Positions 1 to 13,270 of a DNA stretch of 64,000 bases are shown one piece after another. Each line of letters opens with the position of its first letter. Position 1 is the first letter of the stretch. The notes beneath the pieces are model-generated. The model was not told the origin of the DNA, did not search any database, and was given only the letters and a program-made list of their open reading frames with translations. The DNA is taken from contig OZ316775.1 in the NCBI GenBank assembly GCA_973851085.1, positions 6,696,001 to 6,760,000 on the forward strand. Reading direction: 5' to 3'. The position numbers and the translations under genes are program-made. The stretch comes from Ptychomitrium polyphyllum (lineage: Eukaryota).

Positions 1-213
1 GAGCTCCTGAAGAGAAGGTGTAAAGGGTCCATCATAGTTCCCATATAGCGCACAGAATGACTTGAGAGCAGATATTTGTGCAACCAGTAAAAATATACTG
101 AATGCAACTGCAGTAGGGTAGACAGAGTCCAACTCGTCTAAAAATGACTGGAGAGCAAGAAGAGTACGAAACAGTAATGACAATCTAAAAATCTGTATAC
201 TGTATATCACCAT
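1..213 (-). CDS. Possible 5' coding end of an unidentified gene running off the left edge of the window
   Basis: ATG at 213 opens a stop-free frame to position 1 (MVIYSIQIFRLSLLFRTLLALQSFLDELDSVYPTAVAFSIFLLVAQISALKSFCALYGNYDGPFTPSLQEL). There is an acceptor-like TTTTGGCAG near 285 and a GC-rich leader-like region at 1230-1800 with a GTGAGT donor near 1226. No family recognised. Confidence 0.3.
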   Translation of the reverse strand, partial: MVIYSIQIFRLSLLFRTLLALQSFLDELDSVYPTAVAFSIFLLVAQISALKSFCALYGNYDGPFTPSLQEL

Positions 214-500
214 TAACAGGATTATTGGGATCGTCTTATCCGATCCAGATTCTGAATGATAAGTGCTAAAGCACTACACAACTCCTGCCAAAATACTTGA
301 GCCTGGGACCACTAAGCTTGTGAAACTATTGAATGAACTCATCCTACTCCAGTTACCAAAACACTGTACACGGTCATAGTGAGTCTGGATTGGCCTGTGA
401 ACTGGGAGCAAGCCCATCAGAAACCCTTGCAAAATTCAGTGAACCTTCTTTCGTTCCTCTGGTTTATCTGAAGCCAACTTGTAAATCCAGTACGCCTGCG

Positions 501-502
<2 letters not shown>

Positions 503-531
<29 letters not shown>
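503..531. repeat. (CA)n microsatellite
   Basis: About 14 perfect AC units. Confidence 0.95.
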
Positions 532-536
<5 letters not shown>

Positions 537-3535
537 GAGCACATTGATTGATCAAGCTTCTACACAGCGTACACCAATGCTGTGTAATCCTTAACAAAAA
601 AAATCCTCTATAGACTAGGTTTGAAGCCAGAATCGTAGATTTGGAGGAATATTACATTTCCTGAGAATCTGCAATTCAACAAGTTTGGTAGGAGCTAAAT
701 TGCTAACCTAACGCAGGATTTGAGCTGCATTCAAGGAAAAATAGGGTTTTATGTCAGCCCAGAAGGGGGACAAAAAGTTGTGATCCAAGTTTCTAGGTGA
801 TAATCTTAAATAACTATCCTAGCAACCTGGACGGGAGCACTACAAAACTAAGACGTAATCAGTAGCGGTATCCTATATCTACCAAACACTTTAATCAGCA
901 AGAGCTACATAATACCCAAAACGCAACAGTCTTAACTGATAAGATTTTTCAATCAGGGTGTCTAGCGCTATTTTCGTGTGACCTGTGTGAGCTTCGCTAA
1001 AGACAGCAGATCATCCAAGATGCAACCGCCCCAAACTCATATAGAGAAGCAAAACTGCAATACGATGCTGAGTCAAAAGTATTCCCCAGAGACACACTAT
1101 CAAAAGCCTACTCCAGACAAAAGAAGCCGCAGCAGCAGCAACAACAACAAACGAACGGCAGTGGAGCCTAAACCCTAAACCTTTCCGACACTCCGAAACC
1201 ACGCAGCATCACGCAACCCAACTCACATTAAGTAAAAAGAAAAACGATCCAATTCCCCTCATACCTACCAATCAAGAAGCCCCCAATCCCCTCAATCGGA
1301 ATCCAAACGACAGATCCCGACTGCAAGAACACCCAAGCACAAAGCATGGTATTCATTCCCATGAGCAGCCCAGGAGTGAGATGCTCGATTGCAAGAGGAG
1401 AACCTACCAGGGAGAACCTACCAGGGCGAAGAGATGCGCGACGACGAGAGCCGACACCACGAGCGGAATCCACGAGAGCGACCCGCCAGTAGCAGTCCCC
1501 GCATGTGTACCCGGCATCACACCTCCGTGCTGCGCCATCGCCAATCTCCTTCGAACTCTTTTATATGCGGCCTATCGATCGATCGCACAAGCAACAAGAC
1601 CTCAACAACACCAGCAACGCCGTCGCTCGATCACTCCATGCGTCCGTGGCTCTGCACAACCTTCGTCGCCCCGCGAGCTGCTCTCTTAGCTCCTCTCCGC
1701 GCCGCTCTCACGAACACGCTCCCACAAACCCGCCACCATCACCACTATCTTCCCATTCGTACATTTCATTTACTATAATCTACAAAGCGGATGGATAGTG
1801 CCCGGTTTGGGTGTTGCCCTTCTCGTGATTTCTTCCTGCGCGCTGGAGAAGAATAAATACCTCTTTTCTCTCATCGCGATCTTTTAGGCTTCGCTTTCGT
1901 CTTCTGTGTTTCTTTCCGGACATACTTTTCTTTTGTAGTTCTACTTTTGCTGGAGGTAGACTGGGACTCAGGTTTCGCATCTTGGTTTGACGATTTCGCG
2001 TTGAATTTGATGTAGATGGATTTTTATTTTTATTTTTGGTTCTTCTCCTTTTACTTTTTGTATGACTGTGTTTTCTTTTCGGTTGCTCTCAATGGTATGT
2101 TTTTGTTTTAAAATAATGAAGCAGTTAGGATGTAAACGTATGTTTCTGTTCCTTTTAAAAGTAATGAGGGTATCTTTCAGCATCTTAAGCTATAAATAGC
2201 ATGAGTATTTTTGTCTTTGTAATTTATTTTAGAAAGTCATCAACATGTTTTCTTGTTTACAACTTTAGTTTAGAATCTTGTTTGTAGCTTTAATGATGGT
2301 TTTATAATGCTTTCCTATTTTAAGGCATTAATTTAGAATCTTTTGATTTGAAAATATAATTTTGTACATAATGAATTGATAAATCTATTTAACCAAATGT
2401 GCAATTTGCTTTTGTACATATGACAAAACATATAAAATGTTCAACAATTGCATTGAATTTTTGTGCAAGTTAATATAAATGATTTTGAAATAGAATATAG
2501 AAACAACTATTTAATTATCCAAAATGTCAATTAAAATATACCTTAAAGCTACATATATTTAAGATTGATTTAAATGCTAAGTTTTACATTTGAAAAAAGT
2601 TACAAGCCACTAATGAAAGGTTTAGTTATTTTTATTCAATATTGTATCATTTGTACAAAAAAGAAAAACATTTTAGTATACTTTTTTTACTTATTGAGGC
2701 CAAAAAGCATAACACAACAAAGCATGAGGGCTTCCATTTAATTTTCAGAAAAATTAATTTAGATAAAATATTACTTATGCCTATTAACCAAATATTTATT
2801 TTAACATATAAAAAAGAATGTCATTTAAAAAAATTCAATTTATAAAGTTTAGCACTTGATTTTTTTTGAATGTATCCATTATAGGTTAAAACCTTAATCT
2901 AATAATAGGCTTTTTTAATTAATAGATCAATGCATTAGTATAACATAAATTGGAAGAACGCACGAAATAATGTCATTATTTTATTTAAATACATGAAAAA
3001 ATAAAATCTCTTGTAAAGTAAATGTAAGTGTTGTGGTATTGATTTAAATTTTTTCATAGACTTCTAGGTACATCTTTAGATACACTTAAAACCTTCATTT
3101 TTTCATATTAAAAAAGTAATATAGAATGTTTTATTTCATAATAAATACAATATTTGTGAAAATTCGCATGGCATATAAATATGTCATAAATGATGTTTAT
3201 ATAAATACTAGTATGGTAAATTTAAAAAAAATTCTTTAAAGACTACAAGTACATTGATAATTTATTCATTAAAAACTAAAATAAAATGTCACATACATTT
3301 GTAATGTTAGAATGAATATAATAAATAAAATGAATACTATTATGAAAATATAAGTAGAAAAAACAAATTTCATTCATGTATAATTGGAAAGCATGTGGAA
3401 ATTTGTGACACTTTTATAAGACAATGTTTTTATAGTTCACAATCAAATTATTTTAAAGAATAGGAACAATATTTATTTAAAAATTATAAAACCTTCTTTT
3501 ATGAATATTACACAAAAAGGCAAATTTAAACATCA

Positions 3536-3578
3536 AAATGTTAAAGTCAAATGTTAAAGTCAAATGTTAAAGTCAAAT
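3536..3578. repeat. 13-bp tandem repeat (AAATGTTAAAGTC)x3
   Basis: Read directly in the AT-rich block. Confidence 0.85.
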
Positions 3579-3837
3579 TTTTTGGAAGATCCTAATTGTT
3601 TATGCAATGACATTTAGTACTTTTCATTAAGATTTGATTAACTTATGTCCAAAAATGACTTCCATATAAGATATGTTAGAAATGCTATAAATTAGTGACA
3701 TAATTCTTGTTGTGATAAATAATGAAATTTGTAATACAAAAATAATCTTATATAAAATCAACAAGACTTCTTTAGCACAGTGCAAGTGTGTTTTAGAGTG
3801 GCAAAAACAAAAAAAAATACTTTATTACATGAAAAAC

Positions 3838-3949
3838 GTTATATTTGTGAAACTAGCCAATTCCTATTATTTCACAAGGTTGAGTTGTCACATTCACACT
3901 ATTTTAAGCCATCAAAACAATAGGAATTGGCAAGTTTGACAAATATAAC
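3838..3949. repeat. 35-bp inverted repeat (foldback/MITE-like relic)
   Basis: 3838-3872 matches the reverse complement of 3915-3949 at 32/35 nt, with a 42-nt spacer. Confidence 0.8.
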
Positions 3950-4798
3950 ATTGAGTAACAAATGAGTGACATGGCAGTTGTACCTTGTTTTTCACTTGTC
4001 AAAAACTTCAACCTAACCTACCAAAGTGAAAATAAAAATACCTGTAGAAATATCTGCTCTCACTTTCTATCACGCCGTACTTTGGTCTTTGCATTTCTAT
4101 TCCATTAAGGCTGTGTTTCACAACCTGAAAAAAAAAAGAATGGCGTTTCACCACACCCACAGATGTTTCTAGAAACTGGAAGACGGTAATCAGGTAACCC
4201 AAGGAACCACGCCGAGGTGCTCAAACTAAAATTCGTGACATCAGAATACCAAGGCGATCACAATTGTCATTTAGACCTAGGACTGAAGAGAAGAGCACTA
4301 ACTATGATACATTTAGATTCACCTGCTCGTAAAAGAGTACAAGACTGGGCATCTAAGGGTGACAAAGTCATCTCGTTCTACTCCACCAGAATAAGCGATT
4401 GCTTTAGACTACAGTCCTTCCATGTCTCCCTGAATATCGGGTTACATATCCTCAGCACCAGCAGCAAGAGGATTGCATGCATAACGATTCTAACCTTCTG
4501 GCCACAAAATATCCTAATGCTGGTTCAATCTGATTAGCGTTGTTGTAATCTGGATACATTAGCATATCATGAGACAGCTAGAGATGCTGAGAAAGCTGGC
4601 CATCATTCCGAAAGAGTGGGATGCAAAGGACAGAGAGAGAGAGAGAGAGAAACTGCTCCTGAACCAAGCTTCCACCTTGAATCAGGTTCAAAACCCACGC
4701 TATCCGAGAGCTTGCCGGCACGACGTCTTGAGTTTCTGGAGTTCCTTCACCACAGGAGACTCCACAACAACAGTGGCTTCATAGTATACGGAATCGTT

Positions 4799-7700
4799 TC
4801 ATTTCCAAGCTCCAGGATGATGTCCATTCTGTTACCATGACGGATGCATAGTTAATGTGCAATTACAGAAGCATTAAATTAGTATTGTACTGCAGTAACT
4901 ACATGTCAAGGACAGAATGGCGAAAGTAGTAATGCCCATACAGATTTAATACTCATTGTACGTACCTGACTGAAAAACAGGCTGCCATTTGCGAAGGCAT
5001 TGGGATGATGGTTTGCTGGATGTGGCGGCCAATCTGAACCGCTGGCACTCCCGTGAGTCTGCTCAGATTGATCACGCGTGAAAGCAGCAGCCTCGGAGGC
5101 TCCATCAGCATCGGCAGCAGCAGCAGCACTGCTGGAGGTGACAAACCCCATGCTGACTTCAATCTTGGCTTTCTTATGCTCCTCACTATACTGTGCATGT
5201 GGCTGTTCCAGTGACATGTCGTGCATGGTTAAGCCTCGGCTGGTGCCTACCATACCCATTTGTCGCAGTGGCTCTAAGCCTGGTTGAGGTGCAGGTGGAA
5301 AATATCCTGCAGCCGGATTTTCGTCACCGTTGCTTCCTGGTTCCCTACTGAAGTACCAAAATCAGAGAAAAATTCAGCTGACGGACGGCACTCCCACCTG
5401 GCTAAGCATATTTGATCGAGACAAAACAGATAAATTCCAAATCAACTGCACAAAGACCAGCCTGAGTTCGGCAGCCACCTGCTCAGTGGTGCAGGCATCA
5501 GTGCTGCAGCAGCTGGGTTAGTTTGTTGTTCCATAAAATCTTGAGTGGGTTCCGGACGGTCCGGCTGCATAGCCCAATGCAAGAACTGCGTCTGTGTTGG
5601 TGCCATACCCGCTTGCTGCTGTTGCTGCGCGTGTTGCTGCCTTAATGCCATCATCTAAACACATGACATTCAAATCTGCTGTCAATGTATCCTCGGAGCA
5701 GACCCACCCCAGAAACCCAGGTACTGTCTATTCTAAGTAGCGCATTTGTTGACTGATAATCGACATATGACTATTACTGCGTGCGCAGCAAGCAAGACTG
5801 TAAACACGAATTCCACTTCACGCGTTTCAAACAGCTACTCTATGTCTGATAACGAAATGGATCAGGTCTAGTTTGTGAGCTTCAAACGAAAATTCTTCAT
5901 CCAACTAATACACTCAACAGAAACGAAAAACGTACACTCAACAGAAACGAAACAAACGTGCACACCTGCAGACTATTGCCCAAAAATTCATGTTGCTGAC
6001 GTTGCATTGCATTTGCAGCCTGATATGCACTACTTACATAATTCTGCACACAATTGGTCACAACCTGGTTAATTGTGAATAATACAAACACTGTGGCTTC
6101 AACTACTTTACCTGTATATGTTAATATGTGCTCCTGTTTATGTTGATATATTACCTTTCTCGCACGCACTCGTTCCAGTGCTTGCTCTAATTCAGTTTCC
6201 ATATTCGCGAGTTGCTGAACAGAAGTAACACCTTGCAGAAGTTGCTCATCAGCCAAATATAACCTGCAAACACAAAAACCCGCTCCAGCTATGCGTCATT
6301 TCTACTTCATATGTACATACGAGCCAGAAAATGAATTACATGTAGCCATTCAGGTAAGAACTGAGATGCATAAAACTAGACTCGCTACCACTAAAAGCCA
6401 ACTGGGATGACACGAAACTAAGAAACAAGAAAGGTCAATTAACGAGATCGCACCTTGCTCGTTGTTGCACCAATTCCTTTTCCTGTTGTGCTTTCTTCAA
6501 TTCCTGTTGCAACAACTGATACAACGACAACCGAAGGTTCAAGTCAGGCGGAGTATCTCTCACGTCCTGATGAAATCTGAGTTGCAAAACCTACTTCGCC
6601 TTGGATATAAATTCAACATATGAATCCTACCAAACCCGAGAGAAGCCGATAAAGTGACATAAAACAGGGTGATATATATCCAACCTGCAATCTATAATGA
6701 CCTACGTTTACTTCGATCACATGACAATGTTGGAAAGTAGGGAATACTATAACATCAGAAGGAAGAGCATAACTACCTCAACCTCGTACGCCGATTTACT
6801 GCAGATTTATTGTCCACGCCACACACAGAAACATGACCACACTTGATTATCAAACTTGGGCACGTTCTTGGGTTAACAAGACTAGGGTTAACAAATCAAT
6901 ACAAACAGATGATGTGTAAACTTATACATATTGGTCTCTCTATAAATGCAGATATCCTATGAATTTGCAACCCAATGAACATCTTCAGTTGACAACAACG
7001 CTAACCTCCCGGGTAAAAGCTGCTGACTCGCAACAAGATCCTTCTCTCCTGCGAGCTTTTTCAATGCCTTGTGAAGATACTGCATTCATGCAAAACGGTC
7101 ACGCCACTTAATTGAGCTTTACTTTTTTGTGGCATCATCTTTGACTTGGTCGATTCCACTTCCGCAACATCAATTCACACTACCCATATGTAGATGTATG
7201 TTTCGTGCGAAGAGGAGATCACAATGGAAGAATAGGGCACCGGAAACGCAGACATACCTCCAAATTCTCACTCTTCCTAAAAGAAATGCAGAAGAATCCG
7301 AGGAGCACAGCGCCGGTACCAACACCACAACAAATTATTGGTCAGAATACATTTATTAAGTCACATCAGAAACCTTGGACAAGAAGAAAAGAACCACATG
7401 AAAAAAACTAAGACACGGGAGAGGATTAAGAAACAAACGCAAGACAGAGAGGAGGGATGCGCACCTATTGTATTTGTTGCGGTCATGATGCATGTGATTA
7501 TTCGAGAAGCGAGTCAACATATCCTCAAAACTGCCCCAAATCACAAAACGTCTTGCTGACTGATCCACTAGATGCAGGGTTTACGCTAAAAACTTGTGCT
7601 AAATCTAGGTAGGGTTGGGAAAGCAAACGCCAGGTAAGGGTCAGGAGGCGTAAAGGTGAATCAAAGAAATATGGCGGAGTATGAGCTTACCTTTTATTCC

Positions 7701-8396
7701 TTTCGTGCATAGGCAAATTGGCAAACCGACCAATGACTTCTTCAATGCTGCAATGCCACACACCAGCCAATTCAGTCAAAACTAAATTCACACAACAGGA
7801 AAGGTCTATCTGAGAGCTATACTTCAAATCGAAATGTACGTCCAGAGCATTCTACCCACAAGCTGGATGTGCCTTTCAATAGCTTCCACTCTAGGTTTTC
7901 AAAATTAGTATACAGAGGACATTCTTTTTATTCTCATCAGCAGTTCAGCGACCACCGCTTCACGATCTTGGAATATTGAGAGACTCAGATGGCTAAGAAA
8001 TTGAGTAGTGCAGACTCAATTGTGTGGAAGCGAACGTCAACGAAAGACGGCGCCAGGAAAGATCACGGCTCGTCGTCCTGGTTGCAGATACTAGGTTATC
8101 TTGTGTGAATTCAGGAACATCCAAGATCCCAGAAGGGGTTTAGATGTGGTGTTTGAGATTCTAGGTGCTAGGGAGAGCGATGTTAGATGATGGGTAAGAA
8201 GAGGAGAGTGTTACCTGCAATTGCAATACTGAGTGAGTTTGCCAGAAGGCGAGAACATGATGAGCGCCAGGTCGATATCGCAGAGCACTGACAACTCGTA
8301 CGCCTTCTTGATGAGCCCATTGCGTCGCTTGGAGTACGTGACCTGTCTGTTCGTTGGATTCTCAATCTTCTTAATCTCCAGCTTTACCCTCCCCAT
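4799..8396 (-). CDS. MIKC*-type MADS-box transcription factor (paralogue A), 12 coding exons
   Basis: MADS exon 8215-8396 ([42 protein letters not shown]). Further exons at 7691-7747, 7465-7530, 7258-7276, 7006-7079, 6777-6798, 6454-6515, 6155-6263 (K-box), 5966-6043, 5479-5654, 4966-5347 and 4799-4828 (NGHHPGAWK*). All introns GT-AG with consistent phases. A multi-exon I region is typical of MIKC*. Confidence 0.93.
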
Positions 8397-8541
8397 CTTT
8401 GCTGCCTTCGCTGAATTCCCCGCAGATGTCTCTCTCTTGACTAAAATGCACCACCACCGGAACCCACCCGGGGCGTTTTGCACGCTCGCACCCTCAACTC
8501 AACGTCTGACAAGCTACTGTACCAAATCCTCCAGACACACC

Positions 8542-8572
8542 ACGACGACGACTACGACGACGACGACGACGA
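8542..8572. repeat. (ACG)n microsatellite upstream of MADS A
   Basis: About 10 ACG/ACT units. Confidence 0.85.
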
Positions 8573-8870
8573 CTGCTCTCGCAATTCCTGGCAGAATCCG
8601 CAACAAAGCAGAAAAAAGCAGAGTTACTATCTATATCTAGACACGAGCCAAACCATACTACTCTCACACAGTAATTCTCATGATCATTTAACAAGCATCT
8701 GCCGCATCGTCCCCATCATTTTCTCGCGGCAGCAGAATCCTCGCGGCCGCCGTCCACTTGCACACACATTCCGGAGCTAGTGCAGCACCAACACAGCGAA
8801 GGATGTGCTCCGCGATACAAACTGGACTGAAATGCCCAACTGGGTGCGTCGTCGTCGGCACACGCAACAT

Positions 8871-8906
8871 CAACCTCAACCTCAACCTCAACCTCAACCT
8901 CAACCT
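8871..8906. repeat. (CAACCT)x6 hexamer repeat
   Basis: Read directly. Confidence 0.9.
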
Positions 8907-11900
8907 CACCACAACTAACCCAGTGGAAAATCTCTCTGCTTTCGTTGTTGATGTGTGAACATCCACCACAGCAGCCTCATAAGCGAAAGCTTCGCTGTCC
9001 TGGGCTTGGCTTTCCCCCCATTCGATAGCCAAGCCGAGCCACTGTAGTTCCCACCCTGGACCCACCTGTGATTCACCTTCCACTAGGCCCCGCCGAGGGA
9101 TCCGAAGGCGAACGCGCCCACCTCCCGCTTCTCCAGATAGAGTTGAGGCTCCGCTTCTTCCTCATCAGCCTACGATTCTACCATATCTACAGTTGTTGCA
9201 GTTTTGGCGAGGCCAAGCGGGTTCCCTCGTCCCTTCGTTCCAGTTCCACTCTTCGTCCTGTTGCCGTGGACTGTTGTGGCAGCTCCTTTCGACATGTATT
9301 TCATCTTGACTTTGAATAATATTCACACTTGCCGGAGCTGCAACTCGACCAGAGCTTCGTCCTTGGAGAGCTTGAGTCTGCACCTCTGCAACAATCATGC
9401 AATCATAGGGCTGGCTTACTAACAGGAAATCAAAACCAGGGTACTATGTACAGGGTGTGCTCCATAAAATCAGAGTGATGCTGCAACTTTATGAAGTCAA
9501 CCATCTAATGATATCTGCCTCATTTGGCACGTCATGTTGAAATTTTGACAACGTTGAAAACTGTCCCAATCTACGTTCACTGTGCTGGGCACTTGGTTGG
9601 AGCTTAGAGGGCTATAAAAAGTGAACGTTTGGAATGCTGAATTGAGTCTAAGAGTAGCAGTAAGAACTTAGAACATGGGAGTCCATACATGTCAACAATC
9701 GTAACATTGACTTCTGAGTGTAATTTACGGTGGCACACTGCATGAGGTCAACTTATCCGCTTGGCTGCCATGTCATCCATCTGATATAAAGGGAAATTAG
9801 TAATATTTTGGATTGGTTTCAACGTCCAAGCAAACAGGATCAACAACTACTAATTGCAGAAAAATAGTAAAACAATTTTAGCTTAAGAGAGGCTTTGAAG
9901 TGGATATCATTCTGACTGACCAATTCACCCAAAAATAATCATAATTATTCTAGCACAAAAGAAGAATTAATTACTTCGAAGAGTATTAGCCTGTTCCCAC
10001 AGCATGTCAAGTACAGTTTCCCAGGTTTCTATGTCATTGCAAATATAACATTGTCTTTGGCATTGGAAGCCTATTACTACGTTGAAGTGAGATCATAACC
10101 AAACACAAGCATCCCGAAAATAAAGACATCGAACACTGTGCCAATCCACACAAAAATGGTAAGGACAAATCTTTTGGGAAGAACCTATTTGAGAGGTGGT
10201 AACAAAAAGGACGCTAGAAGCCTGAAAGTTTACCTACCTGCTGATGCCACTGACATACCTGGGTGACCATGACAAGATTAGGGCAGCAGCGCTGGCTGGC
10301 CCTGATGACCTCATGCTGCACTTGGGTTCCGAATTTATGTGCACATGCGCAAGGATTGTCCTGTGTTCGAGTGCCTCTGTAAGATCACAAGCCTGTGCCG
10401 CATTCAAATGAGAAGAATGACTGCGTCAGCTCCGTGCATTCATCAACATTTTGTCCTGTAGAGAGCTCTTGTGCCGCAAAGTCTGGTAATTGACTGCCAC
10501 TCGAAGTATACCTTTCACAGGTCACCTAGAGCCAAAGTCCATCCCACTTTCTGAACGACCTCCCGGATACACTTGTACACACCTACAATAGTACAGCTCA
10601 GTTAGTACCAGGCCGGCGCGAAATTAAATCAAACTTTAAAAATCACCATAATCATCATTCATTGTACAAGAGAACTTCCTGTGAGGTTCCGCCACGCAAG
10701 CAAGATGTGCGCACGCTTCGATTGAAACTTAATCCAGTAATGCACCATACTGCAAGCAGTTGATACATTGGATTAATTCCTCCGATTGATACATTAATTT
10801 ACTTCCTTTGGCAGCGACAGTAGAGACCACCCCACTGCTCAAAGTTCCAAATCGCATCCAATTCCTGAAGATTTGGTTAGTATGTGCATGACCGATGGTC
10901 AGGATGCAATGATGCCTAGATAAATCACACTTGACAACGGTAAGTAAATTTAGAAAGCTAGACCTTCTGCAAAAGTCCACTGTTGCATCACTTGGACCGG
11001 GCAGAAGCACAAGTCCAGACTCTCAGGGTTCGCGCCACAAACATTTGAAAAAATCCTGTTCCCCTGGAGATGCCGACCACAAATACACATGAGATAGAAC
11101 CACACTCCAGAGAATTGCGATCTGATAGTTTACATGTGGCACTATGACTGGTCTTTTTAAACGGCAAGCTCTTCTGATGCTGAGTATAAAAGAAGTTGAG
11201 ACTTACTTGGGGAAAAAGTTATTTACCTGTGGGAACTCAACAAGTGGCCTGCCATTAATGTTGATCCATTCATTTCATCCAGATTTGAGGTGCCTGGCTA
11301 GCTAGTTCGCTCTGCTCGTGGGCCATGTTGGTGTCTGATTCGTGGTAGGCCTTAACTTACTTTTCGGCGCTAAATTAGGAAGCATCCTCACCTTTGCTGG
11401 AGTGCATCAGCTGAGACTGCGCTTTTCCGCAAAACAGTAGTTCTCCTCTAAAATATGATATAATAGTACTTAAACGTTATCAGGATAAATTACTTTCCAT
11501 AATCAAGTCTTTTGAACCGTCGAAAATAGGAGCGATTCACACGATAAATCATCACGCTGTATTGTCCCTGTGTCGAATCGCCTTCTCTACGCCGTTACCA
11601 AGTACCTCATATGCTTTTGACGCATTAGGTGAAATAACACAATGAAGGGGAGCGAAAGTGGCTGTGCTCGAACACGTCGAACAAAGATTGAAGGATCTCG
11701 ACCAAAAGACACACACATGTCATTCAAGGGTAAACAGTGAGATAGTTGGGCACCTGTAGTTTTAATCACTGAACCAAGGAAATCTATGGCTGCATGAAGC
11801 ATCACAGATGTCAAGTTTCTTCCTGATAATCATCGCGGCCCATTATGACGAAAGTCGGTTACCCCTTCGGAAATTTTCCCCTCCGGTGTTGAGCCATCGA

Positions 11901-13270
11901 CAGTCACAGTTGGCTTTTTCTCATCAACTCACCTTGTCTTGCGGGGCGCGGGACCCAGGGTGCAGATGCTTAGCCGCGGACTTGGGAGCGCTGGACAGCC
12001 CACCGATGAGAGCTATGAGCTGCCAACCACAGGGTCGCCGCATAGGCGGGCCCGGCAGTGCCGCAGGCCGCGCCAGCAGCGCGGAGTCACCATTATGGCC
12101 CCCATTAAACGACGTGCACAAGAATGTAGGGCGCTAGGACGAGAATTCTCGAATGACAAGGTCTGGCCGAGGCATACAAGACTTCTGTTGGAGTTGAGTT
12201 GACCCCCTCCTTTCGCGATAGCTTGATAGTCCATCACGAAATCTGTTGCGTCTTTCAAAACGATTCCTCTCACAATACAATCACCTACAGAAGTCGTTGC
12301 CCTCGTTAACGATGCACAAGTTTTTTTCTGCCGAGTGCTATGGACTGGCTTCCGCAGTGCTTGTCACCATTGCTTTTGCTGTTCCAGCATATAATTTTCT
12401 GCGTAATCACGAGTACAGTAACTCAAAATAATTCAAGAGCTTTACCACACCGAAATATTAAGAAATAGCATTTGGCAGATATACCGTACGATTCTTCGTT
12501 TAGTACTGAATACCAGGATAGCCCACACGTACACGGAAGTGAACAGCCTCACTCATTAATAGTGCTTTGAAAACTGTCAGAAGGTCATAATTTTAATATT
12601 AGAAAAGAATCAACCCGAGTGTTTTACATTTTGTCGGGCAGTTCAGGCATTTGGAACACTGAACAATTAACTAAGTAAAATAAACTATTGCCTACAAAGA
12701 AATGAGGGTACAACTGACTATGTTAATTTTCTGCAAACAGCTGCCGCTACAATCTTAAGTAGCGGGGACAAGATTCGACACCCCAGACGCCAGTCTGAGC
12801 CTCGTTGATGTTTGGTGCATTTCGTACGTCAGTCCGGCGAAACGTCGAACCATAAAAGGCATAATCTACGCCAAAGAATTCATCGTTTTCAATCATGCTA
12901 CTGAGTGTCGAAGCTTGTCCTACTTTCATCCTACAGTTCTCCTAGCACAAATGGATATGAATCATCGTGCATGAAGGAGACGCTGGCTGACCTGTCGATC
13001 GGAGGGCTAAGTGTCGGAACAGGTTTGCTAACTGCTGTCCGAAAAGCACACTCACTGATCGCCTCCTTCGCCCAGCAGACAGATTTCAAAATTCTAGGTG
13101 TTTAATACGTCAACTTGCCACCCGACCACCATCAAATTCGATTCCGCTACATACTTCTCCAGCCCGATGGTCCAAAAGGCATTAGCATCTTCGCTCCTAG
13201 AAAGCAGCCCAGTAGTCTTCTACGACTAGTCCACTACGAACTAACTCATCCAAATCGACAGAAACACGGT

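Noticed and set aside
3968..9776. Inverted TGACATGGCAG copies flanking MADS A as a Pack-MULE-like capture
   Set aside because: Only 11 bp of identity, with no extended TIRs or target-site duplication
12850..12859. Perfect CArG box CCATAAAAGG between the MADS genes (also CTATAAATAG at 2190)
   Set aside because: Several such matches are expected by chance in 64 kb; no clustering or conservation evidence
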